Shown in pieces: positions 30,501 to 39,100 of a stretch of DNA of 64,000 nt. Position numbers and translations under genes: made by a program. Within the stretch, counting starts at the first letter, position 1; every line of letters begins with the position of its first letter. The stretch spans positions 1-64,000 of the IMG/VR virus record IMGVR_UViG_3300030110_004304. The stretch is one strand, 5' to 3'. Below the pieces are notes generated by a model that searched no databases, was not told where the DNA came from, and saw only the letters and a program-made list of their open reading frames with translations. Source of the stretch: a virus.

Positions 30501-32428
30501 CCAGTCCTTCAGGCAATGATTTTTTAAACAACATTATGAATACTCCAGTAGTAGACGTTATGTTGTTTAAGCAAGAAATTTACGGAGGATATACTAACTC
30601 TGCTTTACAGAATAATATATTTGTTCCCTGTTCGCCTGTAGTTACAACAGCACCTGTAATATCTAATTTAGAAGTTTACGGAGGAGATACTTTTATAGGA
30701 ATGTATAGTATGCAAACAAGAAGTATGATTCTAGATGAGTATCCTTTTCCTAATGGATTTACAGCAGGTAATGATGAGTATAGATATGAAGCCAATGGAG
30801 GTTGCACGGAAGCTATTCCAGTAGAAACCCAAGTAAATTTAGACTTAGCTATGGGAGGTACTTATAAAACTAATTCACAAGCTTATTGGGTCTATTCTGG
30901 AGTTGCAGAAATAGAAGGATTCCTTAGACAAGAAGTAGGTAATTTATCTGATTCAGGGGGTAGTGGTACTTGGGCTAAAGTAAACGATGCGTATAACAAT
31001 GCTTATAATCAAGTATACTCAGTAGAGCCTGCAGATAATACTTTAGGATTTTTCATCAAGCCTGGAAGTGCAACTGGTTGTGGAATAAATGATATTAGAG
31101 CATTCTTATCGGATGTTAAGATAAACGAAGAAGAAGTAGATTCTTGGTCTATATTTAGAGCCAATAATTATTATGATATAGAAGCTCAGTTTGGGCCCAT
31201 AAATAAAATAGAAAATTGGAGAGACGAAGTATTCTTTTTCCAAGATACTGGCGTAGGAAAGTATAGTATAAACCCAAGAGCAGTAACAACAACAGAAGAT
31301 GGTATACCTACGCAATTAGGTTCTGGACAAGGATTCCAACATCACCAATATCTAAGTACTGAAAACGGATCTATACATCAGTGGGCAGTAAAAGCTACAG
31401 ATACTGGAATATACTACTTCGATGCTATGAATAAAAAGATATTCAGAATAGGTGGCCAAGGAAACGAGCCTCTTTCAACTATGAAAGGTATGCACGGTTT
31501 CTTAGCTAATTTTAATGGAACAGTATTAAGAAGAAAAGAAACTGATCAAGCTATAAGTTTAGGAGGAGATAATCCAATACAGAATAGAGGCGTTGTATTT
31601 TCTAGAGACCAACAAAACGATGAAGTACTAATGACTTTCTTAGGAATGTATAAAGTAGTAGGATTAACTAATAACATTAACTATGAAGCAGGTACTATTG
31701 TACAAATAACTCCTGGTGGCGGAGGAACAATACAATATTGGATAGTGTATGAAAGCTACACAAGTGATCCCGCTGCTTCCTCTCCAGCACTACAAGCAGA
31801 ACTATCCACTAAAGCTAGTTGGGTAGATACAGATACTAGAGAAGGTAGGTTATTATATAGTATCTTACAAAAAGGAGATGGAGGAAAAAGTACTTTAGTA
31901 TTTGATGAGGTTGCCCAAGCATTCTCTTCATTCTATTCTTCTACTCCAGGACTTTATATAGAAAATAGCAATATTTTAATGAGTGCGAAAAAATCTAAAG
32001 AAGGAGATGAGTTTATAGCCTACACTCATAATAAAGGAAAGTACGGAGAGTTCTATGGAAGTATTGAAGAAAGTAGTATAAGCTTAGTTATAAATCCAGA
32101 TGCTGATATAAACAAAATACTTAGATTTATAGAATTTGGTTCTCAGGTAAAAGAAATAGGAGGAGACATAGATAGGAGTACTACTATCACTGCTTTTAGA
32201 GTAGAAAACGAGTACCAGGACACTACTAAAACTGCTTACAGCCCAAGTAATATAAAAAGAAGATTTGATAAATGGAGAGTTAAATTGCCTAGAGATCAGA
32301 AAAGTTCTTCAAAAAGAGGACGTTTAAGAAGTACTCATTTTGTTTTAACTTTGTATTTTAATAACTTAGATAACAAGGAGTTAGTACTTAATAGGATAAC
32401 TTCTCACTATGATGTACAGGTATACTAA
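27560..32428 (+). CDS. Muzzle / tail stabilisation protein
   Basis: 1622 aa; KGLN.D, RIYWTD, YKRGEVYRFGVVF, GGDTFI, YYDIE..GPI, RRFDKWR..LPR...RLR motifs. Confidence 0.85.
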   Translation: MAMKKHNNTYGKGLNVDTAFDSMPANMYIDAMDVRITTADGESTGAITNLQGNEEAFKINQAGATGLKEIIGVGFIRNIIILFCADDTGTNGWMYYVTYDEQTRKITSGAQAPLLYDGDGNPNLLGFSKDWPIEAQGRYESDCVQRIYWTDYNNSLRSLLIEDFTSIPAGGLSLDISVIDIFPEVTYTQPILTNVAFGGTLLAGEYQFAYRLITEDGKQTLISPPGNLIHLTSDSEATSTSRRYMGDPKGTNTNKSLEITIDTSDYVNKFERIELISVFFEEYGGTPLVQSVETQGIGVLTEINFIYTGQENTIVDLPLAEFAIKVYPFSTCKTMVPKDNSLVVANIKQTKFDINELLEPGETLDLMTKRYNSSSELPFTDGLVNPLALVPGTLYEEKDEVFNLPYNLDQHWEGPWHEEQQFKYQADGSTMGGQSLDDGVNPSNLSYKFALSLDIIDDSSQPGLAELTNTFPNEIINLNDGYTYTNKSFRSKASPYKSGLTRGYKRGEVYRFGVVFYNKKGESSYVEYIGDIKMPDISEEAGYTTVTVPGPGAKDFFPISSAASSGATVPNDYTYGHDLGLKIDLDFTSCPSILDKITSFQIVRCKRTDVDKRRPASGIIKSYHFPDIGSNPHYDPDPEDREGYEWDSPDGNILHLYWTKPTGFMPSESGKPFAGSWYSFNNNWNTYRRFSADENYSPIYGDFLAFYSPEVSYNFNRQNLEGAGKALLITGSYADYGLIWQGASSTTRYYTSTLHDEIYGTNQNNQELGCDIWEQYFKVRTTNRIDRETVAEQPDGTLDTVYDGGAGYPISYRGIEYVRQFNNAGVFTDFEKAQEDVERGDRMSKIIKTYGPLVSSPPTPTSFYIRPVYVFVGNEGAVGTDDPDDCPCAVSQPGRSLGGNNCGYGGIGRGSVCLTVNTTNIFTNPYTSNPVVVGSTGVAFPTTPTNAVAGSVTDPCFGGPSTWTGSFGYVWPEFPDQNFIPSPSGNDFLNNIMNTPVVDVMLFKQEIYGGYTNSALQNNIFVPCSPVVTTAPVISNLEVYGGDTFIGMYSMQTRSMILDEYPFPNGFTAGNDEYRYEANGGCTEAIPVETQVNLDLAMGGTYKTNSQAYWVYSGVAEIEGFLRQEVGNLSDSGGSGTWAKVNDAYNNAYNQVYSVEPADNTLGFFIKPGSATGCGINDIRAFLSDVKINEEEVDSWSIFRANNYYDIEAQFGPINKIENWRDEVFFFQDTGVGKYSINPRAVTTTEDGIPTQLGSGQGFQHHQYLSTENGSIHQWAVKATDTGIYYFDAMNKKIFRIGGQGNEPLSTMKGMHGFLANFNGTVLRRKETDQAISLGGDNPIQNRGVVFSRDQQNDEVLMTFLGMYKVVGLTNNINYEAGTIVQITPGGGGTIQYWIVYESYTSDPAASSPALQAELSTKASWVDTDTREGRLLYSILQKGDGGKSTLVFDEVAQAFSSFYSSTPGLYIENSNILMSAKKSKEGDEFIAYTHNKGKYGEFYGSIEESSISLVINPDADINKILRFIEFGSQVKEIGGDIDRSTTITAFRVENEYQDTTKTAYSPSNIKRRFDKWRVKLPRDQKSSSKRGRLRSTHFVLTLYFNNLDNKELVLNRITSHYDVQVY

Positions 32429-32434
32429 TTAAAA

Positions 32435-35400
32435 ATGGATAAGATAAGAAAATATAAACACGGCGGAGAGCCTCTTTCAAATACAAGGAGGATAGAACCT
32501 ACTGTGTCTTATTTGCACTATTTAAACAACCAGAATGAATTTGCATACGGAGGAGAAGTAAACCCGCCAGAAGGAGAAGATTTAGGAATGTCTAAAGAAG
32601 ATTTTATTAGAAGGGTTAAAACTGGAAAAAGTAGTATACCTACTCAAGCACTTCAGAATCAAGTAGACTTTTTAAATCACCCTTTCTATCAACAAAATGC
32701 TAGAAATGTATGGGGAGAAGATGCTAATCAAAATATAGCAAACCAAATTGATAGGATGAAGAGTGCTAAAGTAACACTAGAATCCAATTTAGGAAATGCT
32801 GCCGGAATGTTTCATCCACCTGGTATCATGAAGGGTAATGAGAGGGGTCATATAAAACTTTTAGAAAGCACTGATCCGTCTGAAAAACTTCATACTATGG
32901 AGCACGAACTAGGACATGCGTCTGATACAGGCAAAGCTTCTCATTGGTGGGATTATAATGACCCTGCTCGTACATATATAACAGATGACTTTGATAATGT
33001 AGTACAAAGGGGTGATGAAGATCCTTTAGCTAAAATGGAACCAGAATTTGGAAGTTATTATGATTTAACGCTAACTAATCCATACTATGACTCCCAAGAT
33101 CCAGATTATTTAAAAGTACCAACAGAATTTAGAACAAGATTAAACCATGTTAAAAAATTAATGGCTAATGATAATTTTAACTGGAACGAAAAATCTGCTG
33201 AAGAAATTGCTAATTACATGCAAGAAAAAAAATTAGATAATAATATAAGCGACGCAGCAAGAAGCGAGTTACAACAGTTTTCACAATACAATCGAGAAGA
33301 TGTAGATCAGTATCTGGACTATGGCGATGTTTACAGAGATTTTTTAAGTGAGGAAAATAGAAAAGGTAAAGAAGGAAAAGACTTTAGAAAACTTTGGAGA
33401 CAAGGTGTTAGAACACCAGAAGAATTTATAAATGCTCACCCGTGGTATAAAAAAATGTTTCACAAAGAAGAAATAGAACAAATACTAGAAGATAAAGATG
33501 GAGATGGTAAAGCTGATTTCGAAATTTTAGATGATTATAAAGGTAGGCAACAAAACAGAGCGTTTTTAGACAAGGTATTTAAAGAACTTGCTCAAGAAAA
33601 GAATATACCAGATAATAGTTACAGAGTAGCTAGAAACGGAGGAAAGCCTTATCCAGGACCTCCTTATTATCCTTATCACAGTGCAAATCTTAAAGTAGAT
33701 AAAAGCTACGATAAGAATCATGTACAACCTAGTGTATTTCCTAATGGTGGAGAACTAGTTACAATAGGAGATAAGACATATAATACGTCTAGTAAAGAAT
33801 ATAGAAAGTTAGTAGAATCTGGTAAAGTTAAACCGTACACTACAGATACTAAATCAGGAATAGGGGCATTTGATTATGGAAACCTTCCAGATTTTGAAGT
33901 AACAGCACCTACGCAAGAAGCTGTAGATATGGCTAAAAGTGCTTTTAATAGAAGTAAACAAGGGCAAGCTAAACAGCAAAACACACAAAATTTTCTAAAT
34001 AATAACAGATATCGTTATCCTGAAAGTGGTGCTACAAAAGGGATAGTAGAATCAATGGTAGAAGGAGTTATAGATAATCCTAATAACTTAAGTTATTATC
34101 CAGGTGCAGGAGAACTTTATGATGCAGCACATTTAGGATATAGTTTAAGACAAGGAAATTATGGAGACGCTGCTTTTGATGCAGCTGCATTTACAATTCC
34201 TTTTGTAGGAGGAGCCGCAATTAAAAAGTTTGTAAAGCCTTATTTAAAAAATGCATATAAATACAATCCTTTTGCAACAAATTTAGAATCAAAAATTGCT
34301 AAAGAAAATTTATTAGCTCGTCAAATATATGGAGATGAAGCATACGAAAACTTTTTAAAACATGGACCAGCAACTGAGTACGGTAAAAATGTACCTAGAC
34401 ATAAACAAATACATGATTGGCTAAATGCTGATGTAGAAGATGTTTCGATTATAAGCAAGGGGGGAAAGAATGAAGGTAAACTTACAGTCGCTTCTACTAT
34501 GACAGAAGATAGAAATTTTAAATATCCTTATTTTCAAAAAGGTAACTTATTCTTTGGTCCCAATGAAAGAGCATTATATAATGCTGATATGGGTAAAGGT
34601 AGAGTAATAATTCCTAAAGATGTCAATGCTAAAAGTTTTTATCCAGCAGGTGAAACAAGTTTTATCAGAAATGTTGATACTGCTCCAGAATCTGCTGTTA
34701 AAAGGTATTCAGGAGAAAAACATATATTATCACCTTTTGACAAAAATGCTTTTAATCCTAAAGCTTTTGATGTTTACGAAGAAACTCCTCATTGGTTGAT
34801 GGGCAATAGAAAAATACAAAGACATGGTGGTCCTACAGATCCTGATAAAGAGTATTTAAAAAATTGGAATAAAGCCAGACTAAAAACAGGTAGATTTAAT
34901 GACCAACTAGGATCCGGAAGAATAGAAGGGCTTAATCAAAATATTGATGAGGTCGAAAGAGTTTCGAGAGCAGAGATGTCAAAATTAATAGGAGAAAATC
35001 CAAATAGTAGAGGAATGTATTATAGAGACCCTGAAAAAGGTATGCATACATACTTTTCGGAACCTACTTTTTTACAAGAACTTACTAATTATTTTGGAGG
35101 AATGCCCCAAACAAATCTTCACGAATTAACACATGCTATGACAAAAGCAAGTAGTCATATTCCTGGAGAAGAATCTACTGGCCAAATAAAAGCAATACAA
35201 AATATACCTTTAGGAACAGGAGAATACTATGGTTCAAAATATAGTAAGATGTCGCCGGAAGGTAAATATGACGTAGGGCCTTATGGATATGATGGAGATG
35301 CTGAAGAAATTTTAGCACAACTTATGGAATATCGTAAGAATTTTAATGTAGACCCTAATAGAATTTTTACTGAAGATGACATCGAAGAAGTGATGGAAAA

Positions 35401-36169
35401 TGTAAAAAAACAAGGAGCAAGAGGTTTATTCGGTTTAGAGGTATATAAGCCTAAAGAACTAATAAGATTAATGAATGAAGTTGCTATGGTAGACGATAAA
35501 AAATCAGATATCAATATGGCAAGAAACGGAGGTCCAACAGATCCTCCAAAAAAAGAATTAGAAATCCAACCAGCTGTTACTTCAACAACTTATGTAGATA
35601 AGCCAGTATTTGATAGAAATGCGTTTTCAGCAAAAATAGTTAAAGAGCTAGGAATAAAGCCGGACACTTCAAATGAAAAATACCACGAAACTGCAAAATC
35701 GTATGTAGAAAATGAAAAAGTAATAGATAGAGAACCAATAAGCGGCCTTAGAAGCTTGCTTCCTTATCCTTGTTATGACTATACATGTGTAGAGCTTCTT
35801 AAAGATGCAGATAAAGATATAGGAAGGAACTCTATACCGGGGAATATAAATAATAATAGGCAACTAAGAGAGTATTTATTAAACAACCCTAATTACACTA
35901 CAGTACATCGTGATAGTACAAAACCTGGTGATTTAATACAATATTATGATCCTGCTAGTAATAATTATCCTTATCATGCGGGTATAGTTGATACAGATTC
36001 TTCGTATATTAGCAGTGGTGGGGGCACGCCTTATTTTCCGATTGGTAATCCTGTAGAGGTTAAAGGGCTAAAAACTTATAATACTTTAGACGGAGATCAA
36101 CCAGGTACTGAGTGGTATGGTGAGTCAAAAGATCCTTATTATGCTTATAGATATATAGAACAAGATTAA
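32435..36169 (+). CDS. Multidomain cargo-type protein: two zincins, pre-toxin-like unit, NlpC/P60-like domain
   Basis: HELGH (32903), HELTH (35120), PGAGELYDAA...IPFVG, C...PGD...HAGI; six xxGG motifs separate the modules. Confidence 0.75.
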   Translation: MDKIRKYKHGGEPLSNTRRIEPTVSYLHYLNNQNEFAYGGEVNPPEGEDLGMSKEDFIRRVKTGKSSIPTQALQNQVDFLNHPFYQQNARNVWGEDANQNIANQIDRMKSAKVTLESNLGNAAGMFHPPGIMKGNERGHIKLLESTDPSEKLHTMEHELGHASDTGKASHWWDYNDPARTYITDDFDNVVQRGDEDPLAKMEPEFGSYYDLTLTNPYYDSQDPDYLKVPTEFRTRLNHVKKLMANDNFNWNEKSAEEIANYMQEKKLDNNISDAARSELQQFSQYNREDVDQYLDYGDVYRDFLSEENRKGKEGKDFRKLWRQGVRTPEEFINAHPWYKKMFHKEEIEQILEDKDGDGKADFEILDDYKGRQQNRAFLDKVFKELAQEKNIPDNSYRVARNGGKPYPGPPYYPYHSANLKVDKSYDKNHVQPSVFPNGGELVTIGDKTYNTSSKEYRKLVESGKVKPYTTDTKSGIGAFDYGNLPDFEVTAPTQEAVDMAKSAFNRSKQGQAKQQNTQNFLNNNRYRYPESGATKGIVESMVEGVIDNPNNLSYYPGAGELYDAAHLGYSLRQGNYGDAAFDAAAFTIPFVGGAAIKKFVKPYLKNAYKYNPFATNLESKIAKENLLARQIYGDEAYENFLKHGPATEYGKNVPRHKQIHDWLNADVEDVSIISKGGKNEGKLTVASTMTEDRNFKYPYFQKGNLFFGPNERALYNADMGKGRVIIPKDVNAKSFYPAGETSFIRNVDTAPESAVKRYSGEKHILSPFDKNAFNPKAFDVYEETPHWLMGNRKIQRHGGPTDPDKEYLKNWNKARLKTGRFNDQLGSGRIEGLNQNIDEVERVSRAEMSKLIGENPNSRGMYYRDPEKGMHTYFSEPTFLQELTNYFGGMPQTNLHELTHAMTKASSHIPGEESTGQIKAIQNIPLGTGEYYGSKYSKMSPEGKYDVGPYGYDGDAEEILAQLMEYRKNFNVDPNRIFTEDDIEEVMENVKKQGARGLFGLEVYKPKELIRLMNEVAMVDDKKSDINMARNGGPTDPPKKELEIQPAVTSTTYVDKPVFDRNAFSAKIVKELGIKPDTSNEKYHETAKSYVENEKVIDREPISGLRSLLPYPCYDYTCVELLKDADKDIGRNSIPGNINNNRQLREYLLNNPNYTTVHRDSTKPGDLIQYYDPASNNYPYHAGIVDTDSSYISSGGGTPYFPIGNPVEVKGLKTYNTLDGDQPGTEWYGESKDPYYAYRYIEQD

Positions 36170-36179
36170 AATTAATGTT

Positions 36180-39100
36180 ATGGCAAAAAGAAAGAAAATT
36201 ACTAAATATCCACACGGAGGACCACATAATCCACCAGCACTTTCTCAACAAGAGTTGGCTCAGGTAAACCAAGCATTAGCTGCAGGGAATACTGCGAATA
36301 TGAACCAATTAATGTCGCCAGGTTTTTTACAAGGAAGACATACTGATTTTAATAAAGACGAATTTAAAGGTAGCCCTTTCTATGGATTTCCAGAATTTTC
36401 AGGAAATGTTACAGCAACAGGAAATAAGACTGGATGGGGTTTTGATTCTACACCACATAATAATTTAACAACTGCTGATTTATATGACCAAAATTTTATA
36501 AGCAATATAAACAGTAGTCCTTTGTTTGGGGTAAAAAATTATAATGAATTAACAGATGAAAAGGGCCAAAAATTCTATGCACCTAACTGGCAATTTAAAG
36601 GAGCTCCTACTGCTCCCACATTATACGATTACCATACAGGAACAGGTAATCGAAACATGCCATACACAGGACCTCTAACAGCAAACCAATGGCAAAAAAA
36701 TCCAGGTAATCGAAACCCTAATAAAGCTCAAGCTTTAAAACCATTGAGTAATCGACAAAAAAATTTAGCGTACAAAAACCAATGGATGTATAATGATGCA
36801 GATGGTAATGTTGTAACTTATGGTGAACTTAAAGGAAAGGATAAAAGAAAGCCTCAAATTGCTCAAGAAGAGTATACTACTTATTTTAAAGGAGATAAAG
36901 AAATAAATGAAGGTCAGTATAATAGAGGACTAAGCTCTAATGAAAAAAAAACGAATCAATATAATACACAATTAACTGATTATAATGACGCACTGACACA
37001 ACTAAAAACAAGCATGTTTCCTACTACACCAGTTGATCCAATAAATACAAGTACTTTAGTACCAGTTACTAAAAGATACGGAGGGCGTAAAAAATATAAT
37101 AACGGAGGAGAACTTACAGAAGAAGAAAAGTGGAACGCTAAAAGAGAAGCTGAGTATAAAAAGAAGACTGCAGAGTTTGAAAAAAAGACTGCAGAGTTAG
37201 ATGCTAAATTTGAAGCTGATAAACTAGGAAATGCAGAATACAAAAAACAATTGGCTGCATTAGAAAAAGAAAAAACAAGAGTTCAGAAAGTAAGAGATAA
37301 TGTTCTAAAGACAGCAGAAGATTTGAATCAAAAGAAATTAAATTTATTTCCTAATACTGAAGATGTTTATAGTGATGAGCAGTACGCTTTAAATCCTAAT
37401 TTAGAAAACTACGAAGAACTGCAATGGTATCTTAATTCGTTGAATAGTGGTTATCCTATTGGAGACGACGGTGAGACAGACTTTGGTGCTCCCCTTAAAA
37501 CAAAACAAGAGCACCGAGAGGTAATGAAAAACATGCCTCAAGAGTTCAGAGATATTTTTCCAAGGCAAGGTAATTATGATTTATATATGGCTAATAAATT
37601 TAATCCAGACGGCACTTTAGATGAGGACAATTACACATACCACTCTGGCAGAGGCTTATATTGTACTCCAGGTTCTACAGATTGTTATAGAAGAGCCGGT
37701 GCTACAGACATGCCTATTGTGAGTGGAAATCAGGGTTTTGCTAAAAGATCTAAAGAAGGAAAAATTCCTTTTCAACTAATCTCTGATAGTGAAGCACAAC
37801 CAGGAGATATAGGATTAAAATATGGTTATGTTTCTAAAAATTATGCTAAACCAGAGCTAGGAAAAACTAATAGAGTCCATCATACTACAATTGCTAAAGA
37901 GCTTGGTGATGTTAATAGTAAAGGTGAGATTACTAATATGATAGCATACTCTCCTAATGATGGTGCCAGAGAGAGTTTTAGGCCAGTACCAGAATATGCT
38001 GATTCTCCGAAGAATGTGCCTGGAGAAGATAGTGATATTATGTTCTACAGATACGTAGGACAAACTCCCCAGATGCAAGCAAATATAGATAATCTTACAG
38101 CACAAGGTTATAATAAAGAAGCACAACAACAACTAGCTATGATGCCTACAATGGGACCAGCTTATGTAGGAGGAAATACTCCAGTACGTACTCCTCAAGC
38201 AATAAATCCTATTGAAGGAATGGATAAAAGACAAACAAGGCAGTATCTAAAAAATCCTATGGGACAATATAATTACGATCAGTACTTACAATTACAAAAC
38301 AACGATATGGTTACTAATAACAAATGGGGAGGAACAGTACCTCCTGCAGAATTTAAAAACGGTGGTAAAAAAGGCGGCGGAGATTGTGGATGTGGTAAAC
38401 CTAAACCAGGAACTAAACCTACAAAATCTTCTACTAGCTACCAAAGCTTTGCTAACGGGGGTCCTAAAGACCCTCCTACACAAGAGGAGTTTGATATGAT
38501 GGACCAAAAAAGTAAAGAAGCTCTTTCTAAGCAGTATCCAGGTATGTACAAAATAAATGCTGGCACACCTACACAAGAACAATTGAACCAATTTAGAGCT
38601 CAAAATATGATGCAAATGCAGCCTACAAATATGGAACTTCCTCTCCCTGCAGCAGAAAGCACTTATGTTAATACGCCTATGATAGGCAACTATGCTAAAG
38701 GAGGCTATATGGGAATAAACCCTGACCACAAAGGATATTGCACTCCTATGAGCAAGTCTACATGTACTCCACGTAGAAAAGCACTAGCTAGAAGATTAAA
38801 GCCAGGAGGAGATTTATACAGAGGAAAGAAAGAAAATGGTGGTTATAATTATGCTGACTCTGGTTTTAATAGTGGAATGCCTGCAGGAGTTACTCAAAGA
38901 AGTTATTTAGACTACATCAACGGAGGCCCTTTAATGGCTAATGGCACTGTGGTATATGATAACGGAGGAGGTATGGAACAGTATTCTAGCGTACCTGTAG
39001 ATAGTTTTGATACTGGCGGTAGTCACGAATCTAATCCTTTAGGAGGAATCCCACAAGGTCCTAATGCATTAGTAGAAGAAGGTGAGAAAAAAATAAAAAT

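Noticed and set aside
33491-33525. EF-hand-like DKDGDGKADFE (and DSDNNGIDD in the portal tail)
   Set aside because: These are single loops without a partner hand, too weak to call calcium-binding domains.
37157-37200. 21-bp tandem repeat (KKTAEFE/KKTAELD) and the CAGGTAATCGAAAC duplicate near 36643 and 36703
   Set aside because: These are in-frame micro-duplications in coiled-coil or linker coding sequence, with no sign of a separate DNA-level function.
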